64,000 bases of DNA, taken from Cenococcum geophilum (Eukaryota). This document shows, in pieces, positions 11,603-23,634 of this stretch. Each line of letters opens with the position of its first letter. The stretch's first letter is position 1. The DNA lies in contig CP158635.1 in assembly GCA_050273025.1 (NCBI GenBank), forward strand, positions 11,718,001-11,782,000. The letters run 5' to 3'. Both the position numbers and the translations under genes were made by a program. Under the pieces are notes generated by a model. It did no database searches. It saw only the letters and a list, made by a program, of their open reading frames with translations, and had not been told where the DNA came from.

Positions 11603-13507
11603 ATGGCACACTTAAAACGACCACTCTCGGAAGATCCAGAAGATCCAGAAGAAGTAACCTCTATGAAGCGATGGCAGCCTAGCATTTCTACATTTCAAGA
11701 ACGCTACAGGCACAGCCCTCTGCCAAATGAGACCTCTATTCGCCTCTTAAGGCTGCTCCCAGGGGAGCGCAACTCAGATATCAGATGCCGCTTGGAGTTT
11801 GCGGATATCAACAGTCTCCCAAAATTTGGTGGCATTTCTTACACGTGGGGTGATCCTGCGGACAAGGAAAAAATCATATGCGATGAAGGTTATTTGTTCG
11901 TCCCCTCGAATCTAGTCGACGCACTCCGAGTCCTTCGCAAGGAGAAGGATGCATTACTTCTTTGGGGCGATGCTGCGTGTATTGACCAAAGCAATGTGTC
12001 TGAAAGGGGTCACCAAGTCAACCTCATGGGCAAAGTGTTCGCAGGAGCAGAGCGCGTGCACGTTTGGCTTGGTCAAAGCAATGGCGATGCTGAAGAGGCA
12101 TTTGGTTTCATACATGATCTTTTAGAGATCGGCAAGAGTGTTCCGTCCGGTTCTCGAAATACCGTTGAAGGAGCCGCCCTTGGGGCGTTTCTTGGCAATA
12201 TCCCAGACACGCGGTGCAACGCTTTTAAAAGAGTAACTGCACGTCCCTGGTTTACACGCATTTGGGTTATACAAGAAGTTGGCCTCGCTTCAGAGGTGAC
12301 AGTCATGTGTGGAGAGCTGGAAATCAATTGGAATCTGCTTGTAAGAGCGTCAAGGTTCCTTGGGTATAGGCATTCCCAAGAACGTTTGGCTTCTTTAGCT
12401 GGCGTTGGACACATTTGCGACATTAATCGAGTTTACGAACGTCGTCCGTATGAAACTACGTTCATTTATATTCTGGACCAAGTGCGAGAACACAGCTCAT
12501 CAGATCCGAAAGATAAGGTGTTTGCCCTCCTTGGCCACCCTTCGGCGAAGAGAAAATCTGGAGACGGGACCATTGTGCAGGCTGATTACAGCAAGACCAC
12601 AGCCAAAGTATACCAAGAGCTAGCAGTTGAGTTAATGAGGGACCACAGAAATCTTCATCCTCTCTCCGCTGTGGTGCACCCCTCAGTCGATTTAACGGAA
12701 GAAAATTCAACCGCTTCATGGGTGCCACAATGGGATTTTACAGATTATCTTCCACACATACTTACCAGGAGCAGGGATTGGTTCCGAGCAGCCGCGTCGA
12801 CAAATCCAATTTTCCTGTTTCCAAGCAGCTCAAATATTCTCCAGGTCGAAGGGTTCATATTTGACACTGTCTTGTGCCAGGCAGAAGAAATACTTACAAC
12901 TGACTACATCCCCAAACAAAGCATTCCGGGTAGCAAAGGTGGAAATTATATAAAGGTGTTGTATGATATGACTATAGGATGACATGATTCTTCAAATTCT
13001 GATAAGACTGCCAATGATTCGAAGAGAATCTTAGCACTCACTCTAGCAGCCGAAGGGTTTTCTTTGACTAGATACACGAAGCTCGATCCTGACCAAAGAG
13101 CTAGACTACTACTTGCAGACTTTGCAGAATATTGGATTCAGAACTGCACGACGAATAATGAACGAGCAAATAGCATATTAAATCCTGGCATTAATAGCTT
13201 GAGCATCAACTTTGAGGGGCTGCCTCCTCCTTTAGCCTACCCATACAGGTCGGCCGCCGTCCGCGCATTAAAACGACGAAGATTGTTCTATTCCAAAAAT
13301 GGATACTTTGGTCTCGGGCCTTCTGTAATGCAACCTGGTGATATTGTCTGTGTCTTGTTTGGAGCACAAGTCCCTTTTATTCTCAGAAGAAAAGACTCCC
13401 GCTATCAGCTAGTTGGTGAGAGCTACGTGCACGGTATTATGTACGGAGAAGCAATTAAAATGTTAGAAGATGGTGAGCTGGAGAAGCAGACATTTAGTAT
13501 TTGCTGA
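11603..13507 (+). pseudogene. HET-domain (HET-6-like) protein gene interrupted by one in-frame TGA at 12980-12982
   Basis: Motifs SIRLLRLLPG, ISYTWG, LWGDAACIDQSNVSERGHQVNLMGKVF, WFTRIWVIQEV, SSDPKDKVFALLG and a C-terminal GYFGLGP...QPGDIVCVLFGAQVPFILR...LVGESYVHGIMYGE. ORFs 11603..12982 and 13064..13507 are in the same frame with no other stop between them. Confidence 0.85.
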
Positions 13508-13688
13508 TCTTTACTCCTCTTTTGGCTCGTTATATATTTCGCTGCAAATGGGAAATTAGTTCTGAGACTGCAGAGGCTATCAGACATTAATCACAACATT
13601 AACTAGGCCTTCCACAAAATTGTCATATGTAACGCCAACTCCCGTGCCAGTCTCCGAAAACAAAGTAGCCATTCAGCGCATTAAACTA

Positions 13689-14702
13689 TCATCGTACGGA
13701 GCCAGTGCCTAACGCAACTGGCTTCCGCTTCAACGCCGAAGCCTGCAACTCCGGAACTTTCTCACTGGCGTGAGCTTGGTCTTGGCTAGGCTGTACGCCA
13801 TACGCGGCCGTCTGCGCCTGCGTATTCGGAACTACTTGGTACAGTATCCCATTCACCATTATGGTATTGGACGAGACGTCTTCAGGCCTTGGAGTGCCAC
13901 GGTGGGGGTTGGGGCGGGCATTGCTGTTCGGCAATCCCTGTGGCGTGAAGGGGTACTAGAGGGCTTCGTGGCTGTCTTACGGGAGAGCAGCCTCTTGCTT
14001 GTCGTTGGCGAAATGAACCAGAGCTTGAGATGTGTTTCTGGTTCCTTTCGGCAGGATCACGGGGACATATTCGGCGGCCTCGACATATGGAGAGCGTGCG
14101 TCGTAGAGTGGGCTACGTTTACAGCGGAGGAAGATGTAGGCGGAGAAGAGGGTGACATAGAGACTTCCTAGGCTAAATGTGAACGTCAATTCGCGGCTTA
14201 AGTTATTGGGTTTAGGTATATGTCATCCATACAAGCACATAGTAACGAAACCCCCTTCTGCTGCGACCATCGGGCTAGGGGGCCAATCCAAGGGACTGTC
14301 CGCAATCAGCGAGGAATACATTCCTTCACTGGCGAAGAACAGCCCAAAGACGGCTAGCCAAGCTACAGAGAAACATCTATGGGCTATTGTGACCGCTGCA
14401 GGGCTTAAAGAGTTCTGGAGGAACCATATAAGTTGAATGATCAGGGCCAGAAACTCGAGACCAATGCAGACAAATATGAATATACTATGATGAGAAACTT
14501 AGCATTACCTCCTCCGTTTTCAAGGCCAGGATTTTAAGAGAACGTACACTGGTGCCGCTGAAAGCTGAAGACTACCCATCTAGTACACGGACTGCCATTT
14601 AGCGGTTTGTGCAGAATTTAGGCTGGGTAAAATTACAATGAGTATGAACTGGACGCCAAAGAGGACAAAAGTGTGGAGCCGAGGTCGAGAATCTGTCTGC
14701 AT
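13689..14702 (-). pseudogene. Multi-pass (~4 TM, MARVEL-like topology) membrane protein gene with three premature stops
   Basis: Model: ATG at 14702, introns 14547-14485 and 14232-14173. Translation: MQTDSRPRLHTFVLFGVQFILIVILPSL...SVY*MG...IFIFVCIGLEFLALIIQLIWFL...AWLAVFGLFFA...LGSLYVTLFSAYIFLRCKR...EAALP*DSHEAL*YPFTPQGLPNSN...GSVR*. Stops are TAG (14582-14580), TAA (13979-13977) and TAG (13958-13956). Confidence 0.7.
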
Positions 14703-15584
14703 TATGAACAAAAGTCGAAGACTAAATGCAATGAGTTCTATGATGATACTTAGTTGTCTTTAGAATGCTTGGGCAAGGCTTAGTTGAAGATCATTTATAT
14801 TTAGTCCATATGGAGCTGAACCTGCGAACACCTCTCAACTTAAAATTCTTGGCTTTCGACGTGTGGCTTGCATGTTGGCGTTCTTGTCGGCCAATTACCC
14901 CACAAGCCCACTGCACATTCTCCAGTGAAGAGCGAGGGGATTCATGCTAGGCTTTGCCGTCAATAAAGCCTCAGACTCGAACAGTAAACACATTCTAGTC
15001 ATACGATAATTCTCTCCTGATCAGAGGACTGCACAAGGATCTAAAGCAATCTATCCTAGACTCTTAGGTAAGTGGGTAGCTGTACAGTTTTGTGAACGTC
15101 AGCCTCAGTTCCCTTATAGTCTCGACACACCGTTGCAAGTATGTGAGGCTGATAACGTTATCCCAAAGAGCATTAGAGTAGTAGAATATGCGATGAAAAG
15201 ACTTGCCAACTGTAAAACTCCATTCAACTAAGCGAACAGTCCTTGGCCATAGAGACATCCAATACACCAACACAGATTAGTAAGTCTGATATTGACAATA
15301 TTATATTGCGATGGATATGTGTAGGAGACGCGCAAAGGAGGTCATCTGTTATAGGGAAAGTTTTTCGCGAGGATTGTTGATTCCCTCATGGTTTCATTTT
15401 CTTTTAAGCGGAGAATCTGAGAAAGGATGGAGGTAGTGTCCTCAATTCCATCGCAGTAATTACTATTAGAGAACTCGCTATCTACATAATCTATCTCGTT
15501 TAGTATATTCGCTAGTTAGTTAAAGACGCTCGGCCGCACCTGGTTATCCTGCAAGGAAAAATAGTTTTCGTTTTAGCTACAGCT

Positions 15585-16706
15585 CTCAAATGTAAGTCAA
15601 CAATTCGAGGGCGTTCAAATATACTCCACCCATTAAGTGAAGGGCAGCCTGAAAATAGAATAAAGTCTCTTGGCTCCATGTCGCGCTTCCTTCTGCGAAA
15701 CAGCTAGTGTCGACCGAGCGCCGATCGCGATCGAGGGTGCCTATGACTCACCCACCACTTGTATATAGAGGCTCCAAAGCCTCATTTCAAGACAGAGTTC
15801 TCATTCTGGATCGTCCGGTTGCAGTTATGAGCCCGGACCGTCTACTGCGCTGTATTTTATTTGAAGCCTTGGTCAACCTGCATCTTGTACGCCCACAATA
15901 TGACCTCTCAATCCGATACACCCGTTACCGTCTCCACCTTAATCCATTCGTCCCAATTGTTTGGGCTTGCAAGGATTATGGTGGAGACTGTAATAGGTGT
16001 ATCGGGTTGAGAGGTCATATCGTGGGGTCTAAGATGCAGGTTGACGATTAAACGATCAAGGCTTTAAATCAAATAACGCAGTAGACGGCCCGGGCTCATA
16101 ACTGTTGACCGGACGATCCAGAATGAGAACTCTGTCTTGAAATGAGGCTTTGGAGCCTCTATATACAAGAGGTGGGTGAGTCACGGCACCCCTGATCTAA
16201 CCTTGAAGTGATCGACGCTAGGCCGACAGCTAAGCCACGCCACAATGGGTTTCAATGCTAACCAAACACAACTTGAATCGGAGAAACCACCATCAAAGAA
16301 AAGCACTCTCATTATTATCCCCCACCATAAGTGGTTTTCTGCATTGTCAGTATTTACACTCTCTAATCAATTTTTAAGCTAGTGGTGCTGAGTATCGTAT
16401 CTTTTTGCAAATGACTTTATTATAGGTATTTATAGTAAGACCATTTAAACGGGTTAAGGTGCCTTTTCTTTCAGGTCGAGTCTCACTGGGTCGCCAGAAC
16501 GTTAGGTACGGGCTCCTGTGGAGCAATAGCTCGAGAGAATCAGTAGATTGTCAGGGTAGCTTCCAAGGCTCCAATTGTGGGCTGTATAGCGCTAGTCGGG
16601 GAGGCGGGTACAGACGAGGAGTCCTGATCGTTCGTTGCGAAAGGATCGCAGAGCTCACTGTGGCAATTGGTAGTAGCGCAAAGCATAGTAAACCTTTAGA
16701 TGTCAT
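15585..16706 (-). pseudogene. Possible relic of a secreted-protein gene disrupted by the foldback element
   Basis: ATG at 16706 gives signal-peptide-like MTSKGLLCFALLPIATVSSAILSQR. Removing the element and one CAGCTA copy yields an open frame ...FFDGGFSDSSCVWLALKPIVAWLS|CFAEGSATWSQETLFYFQAALHLMGG. No family recognised. Confidence 0.3.
15707..16227. mobile_element. Foldback/MITE-like element with ~170-bp imperfect terminal inverted repeats
   Basis: 15736-15875 (GGGTGCC..GACTCACCCACC..TTGTATATAGAGGCTCCAAAGCCTCATTTCAAGACAGAGTTCTCATTCTGGATCGTCCGG..) is the reverse complement of ~16053-16191. An outer imperfect pair is GTCGACCGAGCGCCGATCGC / GTGATCGACGCTAGGCCGAC. CAGCTA flanks both sides (15701-15706 and 16227-16232) as a candidate target duplication. 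Confidence 0.85.
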
Positions 16707-16806
16707 GAACTTGAATTAAGGTTAGGCCGTAGTGTTATTGGTAGCGAGGCGTATCTGAGGGGTTTTTGGCTTGAGAACATCAGTGAGAGATCCGCTAGTT
16801 GCCTAA

Positions 16807-17701
16807 GGGCGTGTTCGGTTGCAGCTCCAGATTGAATCTGGAGGCTTCAGAACCGAGTTGATCTGAAGCCTCAATCTGATCTGGAGGTGGGTGTTCGGTC
16901 AATCTGACGACTTTCTGATCTGGAGCTCCTCTAGATCGGCAACCGCGTTAAATTCGCACGCTTTACCGTATATAGTAGTTAAACTTGAGCTCTTGGCGTT
17001 AGATTAACCTATAGCTTTTTTCTATAGGTTAATTGTTAAGTCGAATCTGGAGCTCTGCTCGTGCACCCATCCGATTGCCCATTATAACCCCACCGCCACT
17101 ACCCTCACCGATGACGGTATTACTGCAGCAGCTGTAGGCCCTATATAACGTCCTCTTCTTAATCCTTACTATCACCATTTAGATCTAACCAGTCGGCGTT
17201 TATATTTAACACACTAATATATAGCGGGGGACATTGTAGATAACGTAATTGCTCTATAGCCACCTATAGAGGCTTTATAATTTAACAAGGATGCAACTAG
17301 AGGTATTTAGGAAGTTGCTTAAATGGCTTTAAATTAATGGCGACTTAAAAGATATAAAGCTTTTATCGGTAGTAGAGAAGCTATTAATATTCCAGCTAAT
17401 ATTTAGTAATAATTAGTTATACTAATTAGTTTATAAGGAAACGCAGCACGCCTTATTAACGGTTAAGGAGTAGGTAATATATACTTTAATATAGTCTTTT
17501 TACTAGAGCTAATTTAGTATATAGAGTAGTATATATAGTTCTTCCTAGGCTTATTAAATTGTATAAAGAGCTTATTAATCTACCTAAAAATACTACGCTA
17601 AATAAGATTGTAGATAACCTAAAGCGATATCCGTTCTTCGCCAATTATATTAAAGCGCTTAACGGTACGCATCTACTAATTGCGATTAAAGGTAGGTATA
17701 A
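16807..17701 (+). mobile_element. PIF/Harbinger DNA transposon, left end plus 5' part of a RIP'd DDE transposase
   Basis: TAA|GGGCGTGTTCGGTT matches the PIF/Tourist-type TIR and TAA target. Subterminal ATCTGGAG repeats occur at 16830-17055. ORF 17559.. reads NLKRYPFFANYIKALNGTHLLI, which de-RIPs to the Harbinger motif YPFFxxCIGALDGTH. Confidence 0.85.
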
Positions 17702-18050
17702 TGTTACGGACGCTTTAAGTACGATATTACAACTACTTGGAGAAGAGTCAGAAGAAGCTAGTTGGTTAATTTAGGTACAGTTTAGGATAGAGCCGATAGA
17801 ACTATATAATGAGGAATAGTAACTAAGGTTACGTGACATAATCTATATAATCTATATAATCTATATAATCTGTAACAAAGTAAATAGAGTATACGTATAT
17901 TATATACAAGAAGGATTTTATAGGAGTATGGTTATGTATTTAAGGACCCTTAGTCCCTACCTAGATAGTTCCTTCCTTATAGTAATTCTTAGAATATAAT
18001 TAGAGTTAATCTATTAGGCAACCACTCTATTAGTTATTATTACGTTATTA
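17702..18050 (+). repeat. 5' LTR of the gypsy element (3' boundary approximate), containing an (ATAATCTAT)n 9-bp tandem at ~17838-17873
   Basis: TG start lies immediately after the Harbinger transposase is cut. The sequence is non-coding and precedes gag. The partner LTR is not in the window. Confidence 0.6.
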
Positions 18051-21000
18051 ACTTTAATTTATATTACCTATATACCTAGCCTATTAATAAGCCTATTATA
18101 GTTCTTACTATAAGGTTCCGTTATATAATTACTACTAGGTTATAGTATTAAATACAAAAAGTTAAACAATATACTACTAAAAGCACTAGCTATAACGCCA
18201 TTAATGGTGGCAACTACTTTAAGGTTAGATAACGACACTAGTATAGTAGATACTAACTTATAGCAACCTATAACGGTCGGATAACTATAAAAGATAGTTA
18301 ACTAGCTAATAAAAAATAATATAACGTTAGAAAATAGGATTAATAAAATAGGAGTAGCAAAGATTAAGTTACTATTAATTAAAAGGTACTTAAGAGAAAG
18401 ATTAAAACTTAAAGGATTCCTTACGCAAATATACTTTAAGGTTACGCAAAAAGGAGCTAAGCTACTAATACCTATAGATCAAATAGTATATACGGGACTA
18501 TTCCTATTAAAAAGAGCACTTAAGTAGTTTAAATATTATTTTATAGAAATATAGGTAAATAGAATAACAACTACTAACTAAGATATGCGGTTTATATTCT
18601 TAAGCTAAAAAGGGTTTACGGAATAACTTATATAAATATTTAGAAACCCGGAATTAATAACTATAGCAAAAAAAAAACTCTAAAACATTATATAATAAAC
18701 CTTAGTAATTAAGTACATAATATAGTTCTAGATGTTAGTAATATAAGTAAAGTAAAATAACAAGGCGCTTATAGCATAGTATAAGTAAGGACTTAAGGCT
18801 AAAGTCTAGAATATAATTATCCTAATAGAAGATATAAACACCCTAAGGGAACTAATAGATTAAGCGATTAAGATTAATAATTAGATCTACTATAGGGAAC
18901 AGGCTAAGAGAGGCTAAGATAAAGTTCTATAGTTATATAAGGCGTAAAGCACGTAATAACTAAAGCTAAGTTAAAAACTATAGTATGGCGCAGAGCTAAT
19001 AGACCTAAGTAGCACTAAAGAAGCCTATAAGAGATGGAGTAGGAAGCTATAAAAACCTAGAGGTTAAAGATCTAGTAATTACAGGACTAAGAAGCAGAGG
19101 CTGAACTAGGGATCTTAGCAGTAGAAGACGTTTAGGCAAACTTTATAATAAAAAAAATGGTTTAAAGAAGGAGCTTATATAAATTATAGAAAATAAGGTT
19201 ATTTTATAAGGGATTATAAAGATAGTTAGAGATACTATATAATAAAGGGAACTAGACTAATAGTAGAAGACATATATATATAGAGGGATAATAGTATACT
19301 GCAAGGAACAAAGGAATATTTAATTAGAAGTTTTACGTTTTATTATAATAACATATACTAAATTTATAAGGACGCTAAGTACAGCGTAAGCTATTAGCTA
19401 TAAGAGCTATATTTAGCAGAATATAAAGGAACTAATAAACTAGTTTATAGATTGGATATTAAGGACAATAACTTTAATATAGGCAAAATATTTTATAATA
19501 ATAAGGCAATAAAGGCGGCTTATTAGGAGTACGTAGACCTTAAAGATATTATATAAGAGGTAGAGAATAATTCCACTACAGAATAGGGAACATTAGTAGG
19601 GATTAAGACCCCACTAGACACGATATCTATCGCTTTATAAAACGCAAAAGAAGTAGGATAGTAAGCTACTTCGGTACTTAATAAAGGCAAAAGGCTAAAG
19701 GCTTAAAATTCTTAAGATAAGATAAGAGATAACTAAGACTCTTAAAACGAGATAAGGTAGACCTAAGGACCTATAATAGACAGAAACCGATAGAGTAGGG
19801 CAGTAGCTTAGTTTAAAGATATATAAATAAGCTTAGGATAGAGTTTCCTATAGGCATAAGACTCTTAAGACAAGATAAGTAAGATTTAAAACTTTTAAAA
19901 CGAGATAAGAATACCTAGTAAGTCTAATTAAACTAAGGCTAGAGTAAAGCTTAAGATAAAAGCAAGCTTAGGATTAAGAATCTAAAGGGGTTAAGAATTT
20001 GGGGTATAAATAAGGACACCTATAAATAAGAGGTAAGAGGCTTCTTTATAGATTAGAGAATCTATAATATAAATAGTAGTTAGACTAGGAGACAGATATA
20101 TAGACCTAAAGGACTTACTAAAAGAACACAGTATTTGGCCTAAAGATTAAAGAATTAATACTAAGATTAAAAAGTAAAAGAACTTTAAAGATCTATCTAT
20201 AAGACGCAAACCAAAAGAAACCATAGAAGAATTTAGATAAAGAATTATCGTATAGCAAGAATAGAAACTAGATAAGAGATCTAGCATATTAGGACGTATA
20301 AAGGACAGATTACTAGTATAAAAAATCACTAATAGGCCTAGGGCAGGCATACTAAGAGCTAAGTAGCTTATTAAACTAAAGAATAAAGAGGATTTAGGGA
20401 TCCCTACTAGGTTTAAAGAACGATATACTAAAGGCTATTATAATATAGTAATAAGAAGATACTTCCTTACGGATAAGCCGTATATACTTAAAGGGCTATA
20501 CTAAAAGTGGTATAGGCAACGATATAACGATAAGTAGGAAGATTTCTATATATAGTTAGATGAAAAAGTTATTTAAGACCACCTAATTATAGAAAAGGCT
20601 ATAAGTTACATTAAAGGAGCCTTAATTATAACGTTAAAAGATCTAAAGAAGTAATTAGAGGACTAGAGAAGCGAGAGGTAAATTACAGTACTAGTAAATA
20701 AAGTCGCAACGCTTAAATTAACATAAGAAAGGTTTAAACTTAGGGATAAAGATAAACTAAAAGTTAACCTAAAACACTTAGTATATTATATATTAGTATA
20801 GATTATATATATAGATAATACATATAATATATATAGAGCACTAAAAGATAAAAACTAAAAGTACCTAGTAAGGATATATTAGTTATTAGACGAGGCAAAA
20901 TATAGAAATGTTAAGTATATATATAGTTAGCACCTAGTAGAAGTGTAAGGCTAAGGGGACTTAATACTTTAACTAGGAAGATTCCTTACGGAAGAATGCT

Positions 21001-21830
21001 TAGATGGATAATAGTAGTAAGAATGCCTAGAAAATATATATCTATAGTATATTAAAGATAAAAAGTAAACTAAGTATTAGCTAAAGAGTAAGCCAAGTAT
21101 AATAGGATTAAGCAGCTAATAGTTAGGAAAAGTGGAGGCCTATAGAACTAGAGGGAACTAGTAGTAGAGCCTTAGACCCTTAAAGGAATTTAAGGACAAT
21201 ACCTAAATTTATAAGTTAAGTAGTAAAATTAGTAGTTTAAGGCGCTAATAGATAGTAGAGTAATACGAAACTATATCTTATTAGCAGCAGTTAAAAGAAT
21301 AGGGTTACTATATAGAAAAAAGGAGCACCCTTACCTATTAGTAACGATTTTAGGAGATCTAATAGCCTATAGAGGAGGCATTATTAATCTTAAAACAGGA
21401 CCTATCTAAATAACTATTAAAGGAAGATAAATTAAGATATCTTTTAATATCCTACCATTAGGATAGGATAAGGCAGTACTAAGAATACCTTAGTTATAGG
21501 AATACAATCTAAGGATTAACTAGATTATATGTTAGGTTAATATTAGAAATACTTAACGCTATAAAATGCGATAATAAGCTAAGTTAGTATAGTACTAAGT
21601 AGGGGCAACCTATAAAGAAATAGAGAAAGGACTAAGCCATGTACTAAAGAGATACTATAAGTATAGTAAGAAACTATAGTTACTAAAGAGTAAAAAGCTA
21701 TTAGATTATATAGTATAGGACTATAAGATAGAATTAGAACTAGGAATAAGTCTAAAGTTTTTTCCAATTTATAAGCTTACTAAAGAAGAAGGTAGAGCAT
21801 TAAAAGAATTTATTTAGTAAAAAATAAGAT
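17702..21830 (+). mobile_element. Ty3/gypsy LTR retrotransposon (RIP'd), 5' LTR-gag-protease-start of RT, truncated by a further insertion
   Basis: LTR starts TGTTACG at 17702. Gag shows KLKGFLTQ, then *YK*GLKAKV (QYKQGLK), and a zinc knuckle YINYRK*GYFIRDY (CxxCxxxGHxxxxC) at ~19175-19217. Protease ALIDSRVIRNYI (DSG) at ~21242, followed by VLRIP*L*EYNLRIN* (VLGMPWL..NPxIDW). RT N-terminus DYKIELELGISLKFFPIYKLTKEEGRALKEFI ends at ~21818. Confidence 0.9.
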
Positions 21831-21879
21831 AAAGACCACGCATTAGGAAATAGAGGCTTCCTTTATAAGCAAGGCGCCC

Positions 21880-23550
21880 TCGCTTATTAACCCCGGCTAA
21901 GCCAAGACTGCCCCTTGACCTTAACCATAAAAGGCCATTTCTCTTGCTGCTTTTTCTCTTATCTTCTATCTTTCCTTTCTCCCAACGCTACGCCTCCTCC
22001 TCTTCTTGCTGCTAGTCCCTAACACGGTCGCATTAAGGTATTTCTGCCGTCCCCTTAGCGCTTATGCGTATGCACGTCTAGCCCGCTTATTCTTTTATTC
22101 CCCCGCGTTAGACTAATAATTAATACAGTTAATTACGGCCTTTCCGATAGGCAACTCTCTCTTTTATATTAATATATAGACGACTATAGTCTTCTAATTA
22201 CGCCTCTGTTACTAATGGCTTTAATTATTATTAAGCTCTTTTAGCGCGGCCTTATCTAGTAAGCGCGTATATGCCTTTATAATCCTTTTCTCTCTTACTC
22301 TTTCTCCTTTAGCCTCCTAAATGATGCTAGCCCGCAACCGTCTTATGGGAAGGAGGTTAGGGGAATTCTATAGTTACCAGCCGCGTTAGCACTATCGTCT
22401 TATTTAACTTAGCCCTATATCTCCTTCTAAGCTAAAGGGATAGGCGTGCGTATTGCCCCTTAAAGGGCTTAAGAGAGCTTATATTACACTTATTTTAGTA
22501 ACCTACGTTTCTCTCCTAGGATACGCTATTAGTTAGATAGCCCGCTTTAGCGTTTGCTAATAGCTAAAGCCACCTATATTACAACTTGTATGCCTACTAG
22601 GCTACTTAGCGGAAAAGCAGCTAAGGATCGCCGATTTAAGCGACCACGCCGTGCGGGGCTATATTAGGCATTATTTAAATAGATATTGCACGGAGTATCG
22701 CTTAGGTCGCCATGCATACCTTCCTAGTGGTATAGTTGCATTGCTATAGATATTTTAGTGACATTGTTTAATCTACTGGTTTAGGGCTAAGGGGCTATTA
22801 GCTTTAGCTGCCTTACTTAGCGGCAGAGCGGAGGATCAACGATCTGGCCTTTTAAGCCATAGGGCTATGGTGGGAACCACTTAGATTAAAATTAGAAGGT
22901 TATAGCTTTTAAGCGCACGATAGATTAATAGTACAGTGGCACGACTGCGTAGGAATCTCCGACACTAGCTAGCCACGTTAGGAGGGTAAGCATCCCTATG
23001 CAGTCTTTTACCTAGCACATTTATAAACATGTATACGATCACTATATAAATGGCAGGCATATCTATCACTAGGCGGTTAGCATTAAAGAGCCCTACCCGC
23101 CGCTAATAAGGATACTACCTCCTTTTATTATAGATAGCTCGTAACGCGGACGTATAAGCGGGGCTTTACCTCCTGCCGATATAAGCGGCGTAGAGGATTA
23201 GCTGGACTAGTATTGCCAGGAAGTAAATAGACATGTCAGCGCTACCCTTTACTAAGGGATAAAGGTAGGGAATTTACGCCACTAGCCTCCTAATAAGGGG
23301 CTAGATGTAATAGCTGTGTTAAAGCTAAATATACTAGCTTAGACGGGCGGATATAGTTCAATCGCAATTTGCTAAGGGTATTAATTAGGCGCTAGATATT
23401 TAAGCCCTTGTAAACCTTTATACCCTATAAACGGCAATCTACTCCAGCCTATGCCGGAGGCGCACGTATTAAGTGCTTTGATTTGGTAAGAAGCCCGGGC
23501 GAGAGGTAAGGGGTAAGAGGTAATAGATAAGAGCTAGCGGCGAACGGAGG
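21880..23550 (-). pseudogene. Unknown gene A, copy 1 (RIP'd; homologous to 62820-64000)
   Basis: Blocks shared with the window end include TAATAATTAAT..AGTTAATTACGGCCTTTCC (22115 vs 62988), GCTTTAGCGT.TGCTAATAG.TAAAGCC.CCTATATT (22544 vs 63314) and TTAGGAGGGTAAG (22978 vs 63649). De-RIP peptide GKAVIDxIDHW. Confidence 0.55.
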
Positions 23551-23634
23551 ACTGGCGTGTACTTAAAAAGACCTATAATTCCCCCCTTAAGGCTTTTAAA
23601 AGCCACAAAGCAACGGCAACTCTAACGGCAATAA

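Noticed and set aside
13770..14436. Plus-strand ORFs 13770..14171 and 14179..14436
   Set aside because: They are antisense to the minus-strand membrane-protein pseudogene, which has splice signals and TM segments.
15707..16051. 114-aa ORF
   Set aside because: It lies within the foldback element's inverted repeat and has no transposase motifs.
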